A stretch of 64,000 bases of DNA from Tubiluchus corallicola (GCA_030141605.1 JAQGDQ010000085.1:1-64000); one strand, 5' to 3'; shown: positions 24,581-37,176, numbered from the stretch's first letter. Made by a program: numbers and translations. The notes: generated by a model from the sequence alone, not told the origin.

Positions 24581-27580
24581 ATGATGAATGTTTTTAAGAA
24601 AAATAAAGTTCGTCAAGTCGAAACAAGGTCTCAACCGGACATAGTGCCGTTTTGGTCAGCCTTGAAAATATTGCTTATGTTAATGCGGATCAGCGCCATG
24701 TGGCGCTTTTCCATAAAAGGCGATGTCGTGAAAGAGAACAAATGTATAAAAGCTGCCTCTGTAGGACTGCTTGTGCTTTACACATCAATGGCTTCAGGTC
24801 TTGTTGTTTACAGCATCCAGTATAACAATTCGGCTGCAGCAATTATGTTCACACCATTCATTTGCTTTTCTTCAGGAGGTGTGATCAACTTGGCTACCAT
24901 ACTCAAGCAGGGTCAGCTATTTTTAGAACTGTTCAACAGTTATCACGCCTACATCTTAAAACAGGAGCAAGAAACTCTCAAGACATTTGCAAAGACTTGC
25001 AAGAGATGTACGGTAGTAATCTTCATTGGCACAACAATAATTTCACTTTTGTGCGCTATTGTTGTAACATTTGATGTTCTCGTACTGCCAGAGGGTCCTT
25101 CTCCACTTCTACAAGTTCTGTCATTTACCTGCACGTTACCCTTTACTGTCATCTTCATTCTAGATGTATGGCTGCCTGCAGCAGTTCTCTTGACCTTGGC
25201 GCTCTTTTTGCAGCACGAGTTTCACGCTGTCGCCAAAGTCATGTCCACAGATGAAAACATTGCCACGAACCTGAGAACCTACCGTCAACGCCACCAGCAG
25301 CTCTGTCAGCTTACGTCCGACACAAACGACACGTTTGGTCCAATACCATTCACATTCTGTGTCACCTCTGTGCTGATCATTCTTTGCTACATGTACATTT
25401 GCAGCGAGCCAAGCTACAGTGCGGTTGGAATATTCATGATTTTGGAAATCGTGGTTTTCTTTGCAGCTCAGTCTGCATTTTTTCTGGCAATGTGTTGGAT
25501 ATGTGGGCAAGTCAAGGAAAGAGTAAGTAAGTTTCACTCATCCTGAGCGTGACAATTTTTTCTTTAATTAATTGTTTATAATTAATCGTGATTTCAAACA
25601 TAACAATTGCATTAGTATCATAAAAATTGGCTTGTTATATCTGAAGGAAACAGACCTTTGAGAGCATTTTGCGTTTTAAAACGTGAACGATGCGAACGAT
25701 TTGTGTTTAGGAAATGAAAAAGGATTACGTTCGCTAGATCCAGGATGTACTGAGCTGTGAAACAATATTACGTGTGAAACAATTTGTGACGTAATTTGTT
25801 TGCCTTGCTTACTTGGGTTGATTGTTGCGAAATGGCGAAAACCTCTATTATTTCCCAATCGTATTTTCTCCATATTAAAGCTAACATCACTTTCTCTTTT
25901 TTTAGGCAGAAGAACCACTTGATTTATTACATGGAATCTTTCAAGCACAACTGAATTCTGACGAAAAACATGAGGTGAGGCTTAATTTTGTTATCATAAT
26001 TCATTCTTTTCCAGTGTGATATATGGGACTGTGATCGTGCAGAGGCTATTCATTCTTTATAAAGTGTTTGTCTTTTATACGTTTCCTTTATCCTATAGTG
26101 ATTGTAACGAAATAAAAGGAACAGTTTCGTATTAATACCTAATATTACTACTACACTGTTTAACAGTTTCTTCTTGTTTTTGACTTCACCATGGATTACA
26201 AGAAATAAACCAGCTTTCTCATAAAATTTATTGCATCTTCTATTTTATTGCAATCAACGACAAAGCCTGGCTCAGGGCAAAACCATGATGGGCATCAATA
26301 AACATTCCCCTATAATAATTATGTCTAATATTCGTGCGTTTTACTCAATTTTCAGATAGTTATGTTTACCAAAAGGATTGGTTATCAGAAAACCGAGATT
26401 ACAGCTTGGAAATTCTTCACCATTGACACAACACTCATTTTAACTGTAAGTTTAAAAAACAAGTTTTCATAACATTAACGAACTAAGAAGAAAAAAATAA
26501 ATAAAAGCAAAGTATAACCCAGAATTATAAGTTGCTAATTTGTGACCTAGCGGTTTCCCACTTCATGTCACGTGGGCATATGAGACCTCCACAAATCTCT
26601 ATCTATGCTCCCTTGATGACAATGCAGCCCGTGTATCATTCCATATTCTCCAACCCACGAACTCTTTCTTTCGGTTTTCAAAATGCCCTCTCCTTCAGCA
26701 GTCCATGTCGTACCAATACATCTTGAATCCCTCAAATCCTCTATTAAGTTGTTTCCAGTACAACTTCGTTCCTGACGTTGTCCTGCCACCTTGTCTCCAG
26801 AATGCGCCATAGATATTTTGTTTGAACACAGCTAATATTTTATTCTGTTTTTGGCATTTTCTGAGCGGCATCTTCAGGACCGGTTTATCCAGTATTGCCT
26901 GGTAAAGGCTGCAGCCTAGGGCCCCTCAAGCTTGGGGTCCTCAAACTTCGGTAACATTTGGTAAAGGATCTGTTGTTTCATAAGCATTGTGTTGAAATAA
27001 TTTTGTGCGATAATTTGATTTGCAATAAAATAAATAAATGATAACAGTAGCATTTCATTAAGAATATTTTTACAGATAAACAAAAGAAAGGTTTTCTAGT
27101 TTATTAAGAATCTGCAACCAGTTTAGTACAATTAAGGTTATGTAAATGTTGCTAAAATATATCATCGGCATAACCAAATTGGGTGTTAAACGGTGGATTC
27201 GTCGGAGGGGAGTCTCAATATCTTTTAGCCTAGGGTCCGCAAAAGGTTTTAATCCAGCCATGTGTATATTAAATCTAATTTTACCAAGCTCTTGGACAGT
27301 CTCAGCTTCCTGTTCTGACTATTACTTTTCAGACTTCCAATTCCAGAATAATTTTCTTCAGGCGGAAGAAAGCTGTCCTCGCAGTCTTGGCCAGCAACTT
27401 TAGCCTTACAAGTAATTTAGATTTTGCTTTCTTGACTTACGATTTGGTTAAGCTTTTCGCCAGTTTCAATATACGTAGAACTGAGTTATTTTTCTTTTTT
27501 TCCAGGCTGCAAGTATATTCGTTACGTATTACGTATTGCTCGCTCAGTTTCAACCTACTTTTGGCGTCAGCGACGATTGA
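24581..27580 (+). CDS. Gustatory receptor / Gr-like (7tm_7 chemoreceptor superfamily), ~391 aa
   Basis: Exons 24581-25522, 25906-25974, 26356-26445, 27506-27580 joined by three phase-0 GT-AG introns; multiple TM helices; C-terminal ITAWKFFTID..LILT|AASIFVTYYVLLAQF matches the TYhhhhhQF signature. Confidence 0.92.
26560..26815 (-). mobile_element. RTE-like LINE 3' fragment in the last Gr intron
   Basis: Minus-strand WRILETRWQDNVRNEVVLE resembles the RTE 'ilgi.W.D.v.N.eVL' motif. Confidence 0.5.
26875..27262. mobile_element. Possible non-autonomous TIR element (MITE)
   Basis: Imperfect inverted ends CAGGACCGGTTTA ... TAATCCAGCCATG with internal GCCTAGGG motifs near both ends; no clear TSD. 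Confidence 0.3.
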
Positions 27581-30500
27581 GTGCATCAGGCAATGCTACT
27601 GACATTAGACAAACCGTTTTGTGTGTGTTCAGTGTTTACAATTTTTTTATTATTTCACAACTATTTAAAAGTCTCGTGCCGTTTTACTGAATAAATTTTA
27701 TCGCTTTTTTGCACATGTTATGTATTGGGTTAGTATTGGAGTCTTAACATACTATTATACACAACGAACATTCTAACAATTGCAATGGTCATAACGTTTA
27801 AGGAGTGGTGACATCATTAGCTGCTAAACTCTGCATCTTCCTCTGACTTTAAATGCAACGTTTTTAATCTGCACTACAAAAATCTATGAACTTAGTTCAT
27901 CATTGTGGTAATTAATGCATTACATTTGCGGCTCAGAGCATGAGTGGCAGACTGGGCTACCAGTGTATCTTGCGCCAATTAATATACCAAATTTAATAAC
28001 GAAATAGATGCACTAATTAAGTCAGAGAAATGTCCAAGTACATTAAATATTGCATACTTGTCATCTAGTCCGCTGCCCTTTGGTTAGTTGATGAACATTT
28101 TTAAAAGTGCAGGGGCTACAGTGTATTAGCATTAGTACTGCTTGTGGTTAAAATTTAATTCTTACAAATTACATTAAATTGATATATTTATAACGTGTTA
28201 TATGTAACATATTAATATAATTCAAACGCAATAATGATAAGTTTATAAAAAAAATCAAACAAGAACTGAAAAAAAATCTGACAATGGAAACATAAGCATA
28301 ATGGCAACTGAAATATAATTCATGACACAAGCATAATTTTTGGCAGTCATAAAAAATAAATAATTATCATGCAAATAGTGGAAATCAAAATCCGTTGTAC
28401 CTATAATTTATATTAGTATGTTGAAGTATATTAAATTGGGTGTTAATTTTCACGAACAGGCATACAGAAATTATAAATTACATAACAAAAAACGGATCAT
28501 GCAGAAAAAATATTATTGTGTGTTACAATCGTGCAAAAGAAAGCACGTGTATAATGGAGACATTAAAAGTTTTAAAGCGATTTTCGATGATCAGAGGTAA
28601 AATAATTGAGCAGATATTTAAAGCACAGAAAACTACCTGGATAACTGGATGAGGAGATTGACAATTGGAGTCCGGACTACATAATATAAATATGTTATTC
28701 TAGACTTAGCAAACTTGAAATTGATTTACAGAAGTACAGAAGTTAGACAATAAACAAATTACATATTGATATTAACTAAACTTGCTATAACAGTAGTTGC
28801 ATGCAGTTAGACAAATTATTGTAATGGGCAGAAAAAATAAAATTTATATAATTTACTCAGGTGACAGATACTAGTTGATTGCTTAAGATCGTCCAAAGGA
28901 GTATTCTATAGAGTTGTACCACTGTGTTTTAAGATTTGTAGACCTTTTACTGCATTATATCTGTCCAAAATTAATTTTGTTTGGCAGTTGCTCTGGTATA
29001 GTATTACTGAACGTCACTAATCTTTCTGAAATAATTGCTGTATAACTTGGGAAAAAATGCTCTTTTTACAGTTGAACATGAATTTTGCTAACGCTATAAA
29101 ATTTCATTTATGTGTAATAATTGTAGAGCATAATAAGAAGGGGTAGCGTGATCTCGGGATGTTCAAATAAGCTTCATTGATGATACTACGTTTTTAATCT
29201 CAAGACGACCAGTAAGGGAATTATTACACAATGATAACTAAAAACATATCCCTGGCCAAAAGTCATGAACATTGCAGAAAAGAAAAAGCCGAAAACAAGT
29301 TTCCGCCTTTTGTGGTCGAAGTTCGCAAGGCTTGGAAGCACGTGGACGCGGGCTGGAGTGAGTCAGATTTCTTTGTGTGAAATTAGTTTTTTTCGTTAAA
29401 AAATGCACGTGAAAAGATTTTAGTTAGCCCCAGATACTGTAATACGGACTTTACACAAGACTAGAAAGTGCAAGTAAGTTTATTTACTTAGACGTATTGT
29501 TATAGCTTAGATGTGTTATAATTAGGTCCGCTGGACAAAATTGTAGAGCGTGCCACCATAGGTACAAGCGTGCTCATTTGATAGTGCTATAAGCACATAT
29601 TTAAAGTAATAAATTTGTTCTGAATTGACGGACAGTTAAGATTGAGAAAAAAACGCTCACGTTTTAGGACATATAGGACTATTATGAGTAACAAAAAAGT
29701 CCGATTTGCGCAAAAAATAAAAATTGTACTTTTTGTATTTCCAAATACAGATTTCAGTATGTTAGTGTTGCTAAATGGAGTGCATCACAGTAAACATTAC
29801 CGTTACCATAGGCGCCGCCAGAATTTAAAAAATGTGACTCACACGCAGCTAGAGGGTCTGGTGGAGCGTTGTAAGATCCACCAATGCATTTCCTGTATTT
29901 AAGCACATTTTGAAGGCCTCAAATGAGATCTAAATTCTGGTACATAGACGTCGTCAAACATGAAAAATTCTACTCAATAAAAATATTTTACCTCCATTTG
30001 ATAATATTCATTGTATTCTATTGTAGTAGTCATATATCTTGAAAGCAAGTTCTAATACACTGCTGCAGATTACCTATTACTTAAATGTATTTTATTTAGT
30101 GTCAAGATCATTTACCCAGCAAAATTTAGATAGTCAAACATAAAACTGATTTGAGTCTGTTAAGTTTACAGTCTACGCACTTGAGTATGCACATTTAAAC
30201 ACAATGTTTGTGCATGCTTAAACAGTTAATTAAATTAAAGGCAATAACACAAATCTTCCCATGTCTAGGATTGCTTTTGGTGACTGTGTACATAAAAAAT
30301 AAGAGCCTTTGTTGATTGTACAATTCAGTTTGCACATTTATAGCATACGTACACTGGTTTGTTTGGGAGAAAAGCGAGGAGCAATACCAAAGTTCAGGAG
30401 TAAGAGAACTATTTCAACATTTTAAGTATTTAACAATGAGCCTTTGTCGTTTGTACAATTCAGGTCACACTTTTTGAAACTATTACATAACTAACAGTAT

Positions 30501-32639
30501 GACAGATGAGCAGATTGATGAAGCTTATTTTAAACTGACAGTGCTGACAACAAGCCCGATGATGTCATTAGTATTTCCAGAAATTTATAACAAAATTTAT
30601 CAAAGCTAATCATCAGTGGTGATATTTGCTTAATTTTTTTCTGTTATTTGTTTTTAGCGATTTAATAGAAAACTTTTAAACTTGAATTTGCTGTGACGAA
30701 TGATAATGAGAATTTGTATTTTTGTTTCACCAATTTAATTAAAAAAAATTATTATATTTAATATATATAAAATCTTTATTGCAGAAGTTATACCTATAAC
30801 AGTCAAAGACAGTTGTAGGCAATTCAATTCATTTATTAACTCCTCAATAATTAACAAAATACAGTATTAGGAATACATGCAATATTACGTAACAAAGGAG
30901 AAGGGCAGGGAAGAACACGTAGGTTATCTAGTCAGCCACCCTTAAATAGCAACGATTAAGTAAAATTAATTTTGGCACCGTTTTTAATTTAAATTTGAAT
31001 TATGTTGACGTGTGTAATTGGCAATTAACTGATGGGAAATGCAATATTGTAGAACATTACAATTTAAATAACCAAAAATTTACAATTCTAAATACTGTGA
31101 ATATGCGATGCAAACAAAATAAAAGTAACTTAAGATTTTTAACATAACAGAAAATGGATAATGTGAGCATTAACTAAAAAAATCCGATAAAAAAACAGTA
31201 GAATGATCTACCAAAGATGTTCATAAAAAGAATATAATAAATTAAACTAAGGAAAAATAAGGTAAATATAAATCATACAAAACAAAACAAGGAAAACAGA
31301 AGCAAATAAGAAAAAACAAAACTGAAATGTTGTAATAATAACTGAAGCTGTCGAGAAAGAGAAGGCAATAGTGTTAAATTAGAAAAACAAATTTATAAAA
31401 GTTCATTTAAAAAAAATAATTTTGCACGAGGTCCAGTTAGTTTAAATGATTTCTTGGTAGATTGATTAGTAGGTGACACCGTAAGTTAAATGAGGAAGGA
31501 CCATGGTTTTGTAGATTAATAGTTTAGTTTTGATATTAAGATATTTGCCTTTTCTTGTTTGAGAAAAAAATACCTTGTCCCATTTTTTGTACGATGCTAT
31601 TAACTTGATTGTCCCATTTTAATTTATTATTAATTTTCATACCTAGGAATTTGGTTTCTTTAGATTTACAAATTGTTTGATTAAGAACGTTAAGTGTTGA
31701 GCTATCAGTTTTACATCCTTCATTTGGGCTTAATATTAGAAATACTGTTTTTCAGGGTTCATTTGTAAGTGATGAAAATCCAGAATTGATTTCATTTCTT
31801 CTGTTTTGTTTTAGTGTGTATACAGCTGTATTTGGGTCTGTGTTATTTGAAAATAGATTGGTATCATCTGCATATTGTGTCATGCTGCAGTTTTTTTTAG
31901 AATATTTGGAATATTGTTTACCTAAATAATAAATAACAGTGGCCCAAGAACTGTGCCTTGCTGTGCCCCATGTTTGATCGTACCACATTCTGAACATATG
32001 TTGGTTTGAAGCTTTACTCGTTGTTGTCAAAAGCTTTGCTAAGGTCTAAAAAAGCTGTGGAAATATATTCATTGTGATCTAATAGATTGCGCCAGTTTTC
32101 TGTCACGAAAATTATTGCATAGATTGCACTATGATTTTTTCTGAAACCAAACTGCTGTTTGTGTAGTATTTCTGTATTATCAAGGTATTAACATAATTGG
32201 TCGTACAGTAATTTTTCAAATATGTTAGCGACTCCATGAACTACTGATAGTTATTAGGATCCTCTACGTTTTTGTTTTTTGGCTTAGGTGTGACGTTTGC
32301 AGTTTTACAGGTATTTGAGAATCTAGAGCGCATTATCATTTAGTTATAAATATAGCATATGTGTTTTGCTATTATGCTGCCACTGATTTTAATTATTATG
32401 GATGGTATGTCAAGTTGTCCTGAGCCTTTAGATAGTCTCATTAAATTTATGGTGTTTATGACCTGTAACGTTGTTACTGGCTCAAAATTGAATATGTGGT
32501 CATGATCCTTTTCAAAGAAGAGCTTGTTATACTCATCTCTCTTCATATTCACTTATCTGTGAGAAATTCTGATTAAGTATCCTTGACGTGAACATAAGTT
32601 TTATTATCTTTTTTAATTTTGTTTATGGGTGCCTGTTCT

Positions 32640-33312
32640 GTATAAGATATAGGAAATGCAAATACAATATATAGAAACGCTGAGAAAGATAGACATTAAT
32701 AATAATGATTTAATTATGACAGCATGCATATAATAAATGGCATGAACCAGAAGTAAAACTTTTTAGGTACTTGCACCATTGTAAACACGTCCAAATAATA
32801 ATTGAGAAAAAAAGAACAAAAAAGACGAGGGTTTTAGGCAATTTAAAAAAAGTTGTGCAAAGCAAGGATAGAAGTGATGGGTAAAAGAATGTTCAGCAGG
32901 ATAGGAAGAGTGGCTTGTGAAGTTTCAGCTCATGAGATGACGAAGCACTCTGGATTCTAGGCAAAACGACACACACGGTTATGACTGTTGTGTCACACAG
33001 AAGCAGTAGGTGGTTATCAAGACTAGTTTATATAAGAATCAAACAGATATCGTTTAACTGACGTTTTAAAGCGGTAAATGTTACACTGGCACTTTACATT
33101 GGGTGGTAGTGAAGTCCAAAGTTTAGGTCCGCTATGGCTAATGAAATGTTTTGCAATATTGGTTCTGCAGAAACTGACTTGGTAATCATTATAGCGAGTA
33201 TTATGTGATTTGCCATTCTTAATTATAGGATTCTGGAAATATGTAGGGAATAGGTCACTGTTAATCTTATAAACAAAAATGGCAGTGTTATAGGAAATCA
33301 GATCATCACACT
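32640..33312 (-). mobile_element. 5'-truncated second LINE (ORF2 C-terminus + 3' UTR) nested in the old LINE
   Basis: YNTAIFVYK..HNTR..CRTN..ISHSGPKLWTSLP..FKTSVKRYL* is a classic CR1/L2 ORF2 C-terminus, but it lies upstream of the host element's RT. Confidence 0.7.
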
Positions 33313-33618
33313 GCCATTTTTGTTTTGTTCTATTCAACAGTGTTTTCATAACATCCCATTTTTCTTGTGAAGTTTTGGCATTTGCACAAATGTTTTTATA
33401 GTAGCTATTTTTTAAATTCAAATTTTTAGTATTAATTTTATTACGTGCGTTTTTGTATTTGTTGAAATGAATTTGGTCTTTGCGAGCTATGTAAATTTCT
33501 AATGTCTCCTTTTTAGTTTGTTGAAGCTCAGGTGCCCACCAAGGTGAAATTTTATTTTTATTTCTCGATATTGTATCATTATTTATAGTTTTAATCGTTT
33601 GCATTAGAGCATGTATCC

Positions 33619-35318
33619 ACACAATACCTTATATTATCGATTATTATATTCACCTGTTCGTCTACATGTGTTGTTGTGCATATGTCTTTATATATTGGTA
33701 TTTACATATTTACAATCCCTATAATTGAATTATTCCTCTGTGTCTGGGTCCTTTAGTGAATGGTCAAATTTACGTGCTAAATCCCTCCAATCCCTAGAAC
33801 GACATCTAATAGCATCACTGTAAGCCGGATTGATGTAGTACTCGTAATTTAATATTTGGAGATTGAACAAGCTCTCCTCTCTTTCTTCAACATCCGTATT
33901 GTTACTCCATATTTCCACAACCATATAAGTAATGACAGAATCGAATCTATCTTTATCAGACATGATTGATTTATTACTAAGTTTACTTAATTCAAATTGG
34001 CAGAAACAATAACACTGTATTAATAACGTGTTGGATCTCCCGCTGGTGGACATGTCACTGTCAACCAGTTCTAGAATTAAATTCGAAAAAGCAGTTTGCT
34101 TAATCGGTGGAGGTGCTTGGATGTGTGCCAGAGTGTCGGCAGAGCTAGGTATAAATAAAATAAACATATTATTAAACTGTTTAAATAGGTGCAGTTTCAA
34201 TTAAATGAAAGGAAGATTTCAGATTCAAAATTTCAAGATTTTATCATAACAATGGAGCAAAGACGGATTTGTGCATTTCTACAAAAAAAATGTAAGACTG
34301 TAGCTTAATTTTAGTTACATATATTAATATTTTGTGGCTGAGGGGACGATTCAAGCTACAAAGTTTTAAACTAGAGGAAGAGAGGATGATTTTTCATATA
34401 CTACAAGTATGCTAAAATGTTTGCATTTCAATACTAGTAATACTGCAAAATGTTTCTGATAATTAGATAACAGATTAAAGTCTTAATTAAGGGCAGGCGA
34501 ACCCAACCGATTTTTCTTTAAGAATCAAAGAATTTTGAAATAAGCTTAAGAATCTTTCATCACATCAAAATTTTCAATTTTGTCACTAACTAACAATTTC
34601 TAGTTTATTATTGTTTTATTCTAATGTTTTATTCCAGCTTATTATTGTTAATTAACAGCAAGTAAACAAGTAGACATATTAAACTTCAACATTATATTAT
34701 ACACACACAAAACTAATAATACTTTTATTACGTAAATGTTTACTTCAATTCTTAAATGTTGACGTAAATTTGAATTACTGTCAATAAACTGTTTGCTACT
34801 TGGCATGTGATGTATGGATATGCAAGGGCGATTCTAGGCAGTGTTAACGCGTTGTCTCCTGCTCCTTTGCCATTTCATAGAAACTTGTAAGTCATCTGCA
34901 AGTTTCTAAATCTATCTTGGCCCAGCTTAGACATTCTAGTGTCTTTATCTTGTTTAATAGCTGCTGCCGCGAGAAATAAAATGAGTGATGATATCAATGG
35001 CATCCATATAAACAGCTCTAACACCAGCTTGTTTGTCAGTCTTAAGTTTCCTCTTGTACATCTCAAGTCTTATCGCCTCCTGGTTGAACCCCCCAGTAGG
35101 CGAAGGATTCAAACATGGATTCTGTGTATCCATAATTATGTTGTAGTTTACTAAAATTGAGGGCCAATTTCTTGAGTTCTTATAGTGTCTCCCTATACAT
35201 CCTGTACTCATTGGTTTCACTATTTGATGGACTTCTTGCTGTGGCAATTTTGACAACAAAATGCTCTCTTTTATGGAAAGTTTCTATTCAATTACTTATT
35301 TGCTGAGCATCTTTGTGT
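33619..35318 (-). pseudogene. Endogenous viral element: Phenuiviridae-like (phlebovirus/tenuivirus) nucleocapsid (N) gene, frameshifted and split
   Basis: Reconstructed 35248-34779: ..ELKKLALNFS..MFESFAYWG/FNQEAIRLEM..DAIDIITHFISRGSS/..RMSKLGQDRFRNLQMTYKFL*NGKGAGDNALTLPRIALAYPYITCQVA. Then 34156-33730: IPSSADTL..PPPIKQTAFSNLI..LLIQCYCFCQFELSKLSNK..VEEREESLFNLQIL. Colinear with phlebovirus N motifs recalled from RVFV (QELAIQF, EFAYQGFD, LALTRGN, KMSKEG..KYKL, LTLSRVAAA..TCQA, YPRHMMHPSFAGMV, LLQFSRVINP). Confidence 0.85.
34157..34778. repeat. Host dispersed-repeat insertion splitting the viral N gene
   Basis: Shares AGGATGATTTTTCATAT (34383 vs 52536) and GTTTCTGATAATTA (34452 vs 52615), in the same order, with a second locus in this window. 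Confidence 0.55.
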
Positions 35319-36557
35319 GAACAACAAGAATTCATTTCATTCTATTCAATTCCATTTTGATTATTTCTACATCATTTGCGTTTATGTTTCGACTAGATAT
35401 CCATATGACTTTATTAATGCGCTGTAGATTGTTATTTGTGACACTTATAATGTAATTGTGATCTGAGAAATGACCAGAAAGTGTTTGTTTTGAGATGTCA
35501 TGTGATCTATAAGTGTTGCTGTCTTTTTTGTTATCCTTGTTGGCTCCTTGTCAGTTAGTAGTGCAAGATTGTGTTTGCTAAGTACGTCTCTATATGCTTA
35601 ATACACAAGACCCATTGGATTAAGTGTGTCAGTGTTTGTATCACCCATTAAAACAATTTGTCTGTTGAATAAGCACTTTCGACTTCTAGATCAGGATGTT
35701 CTAAAAAGTGTTTCGTTTTTTGTTTATGAAAACCAATGTAAAAATTGGTCCTTGAAATGCGATAACCAAAGCGGTTATGCTGAGTGCGAACACATGTCTT
35801 TAGGTTGTACTGAAGTATATCGCTAAGCATCGGCCGACCAGCATTTGTTAGTATATGTAGTTTGTACTAGAAAGAAAATAATTATGTAATAAATGTGAAA
35901 AAGGAAAATTTAGGTTTGTCAGTAAGAACAGGATAGCACTAAAAAAACAGTTTGGAGAAAGAAGGTCATGGGAGTAGGTTTACATATTATAGTTTTAGTG
36001 AGAGGTGACTATATTCTCATTTTTGTAGGAGTGTAATTATAATCATAAAATAGTTTGTATTAATTGAGAGAAACTCTGTATGCATATAGTTATAATATTT
36101 TTCAAGGAGTATGTTATGAAGGGAGTAAGGGAGACAAAAAGGTAGATACAAATTTTTGGAGCCATCAGGTGGTGGGTGGCCTGTAAACTACACATATTAA
36201 ATAATTTATCACTTTGAACCAGAGGGTTTTGATTTTATATGTTTTTATTTCTTTGACTTCGTTGTAACTGTAATTTAAACGGACTGCAGAGTGCAACGCC
36301 ATACCCTCGTTTTATTCCTAGATGATCTTTTCTAAAAACTTTATAGTCTTTTATTGAAATTGACTTAGTAAGAATTGTTTTATTGAACCAAGTTTCACTA
36401 TGCCAATGATAGTGTTTTCCGTACCACGAAGCATTTCTTTTAAATGGACGTGATTTTTAACAAGGCTATGTATATATGGATGCTAAAATTGGCTTCTTTT
36501 TGATATTTTAATAAAATATTTTTTTGCATCGTCTTTACTAGATGTTCTAATGTTAGT

Positions 36558-36602
36558 TGGCCCTGGGTTAGTTTCAAGGCCAGATGTAATAAGTAGTAGT
36601 TG
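36558..36602 (-). other. 2A-like (StopGo) peptide at the N-terminus of LINE ORF2
   Basis: Minus-strand QLLLITSGLETNPGP immediately before the APE domain; matches ExNPG|P with G in place of the consensus D. Confidence 0.75.
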
Positions 36603-36888
36603 ATTTTGTAGCCAACAAAAAAGACATGAGACAGTTTACTATTGCTTTAAGAGAAACACGTTGTTTTAACTGATGACGTGGCTCACGTTTACAATAGAAT
36701 TTGCTGTTGTCTTTACTTTTGTTTTGTGCTTCTGCGTTGTTATGAATGCATCTACCATTTTTTACAATTAACATGTAGGCACTACAATAGTCGAACATAT
36801 TTATCGTCTGTGCCTGTAAGGTTTCCTACCTGACATGTTGCCTGTAAATTGGCTTTTTTATAATTTGTCATATTAGGAGGAGGCGTAC

Positions 36889-37176
36889 TCAGTTGAAGAA
36901 ATTGTAAACGCAATAGTTCTGTCTGGTTGGGCGTCGTCTGTTGTATGGCTGTTGTCCATATGGTCTGTTTCTGTACCTGTTTCTGCGATTTATATTTTGC
37001 TGTTGTTGTAATTGTTGTTGTTGTTGTTGCTGTATGTGTGAAATTCGGTTAAGTTGTGTTTGTACGTGTGCCATGAATTGTGCCATCATTTGTTGCTGCT
37101 GAGACTTGTCGGCCACTAAATGAATCCAGTTTTGCAACTGTGGTATATCTGGGATAAACTGTGCAAGTCTAACCAT
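36889..37176 (-). CDS. Gln-rich/Arg-rich short ORF between LINE ORF1 esterase and ORF2 (probably part of the ORF1 region)
   Basis: 95-aa ORF overlapping the end of the esterase ORF; poly-Q followed by RRNRYRNRPY..RRRP. Confidence 0.35.
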   Translation of the reverse strand: MVRLAQFIPDIPQLQNWIHLVADKSQQQQMMAQFMAHVQTQLNRISHIQQQQQQQLQQQQNINRRNRYRNRPYGQQPYNRRRPTRQNYCVYNFFN

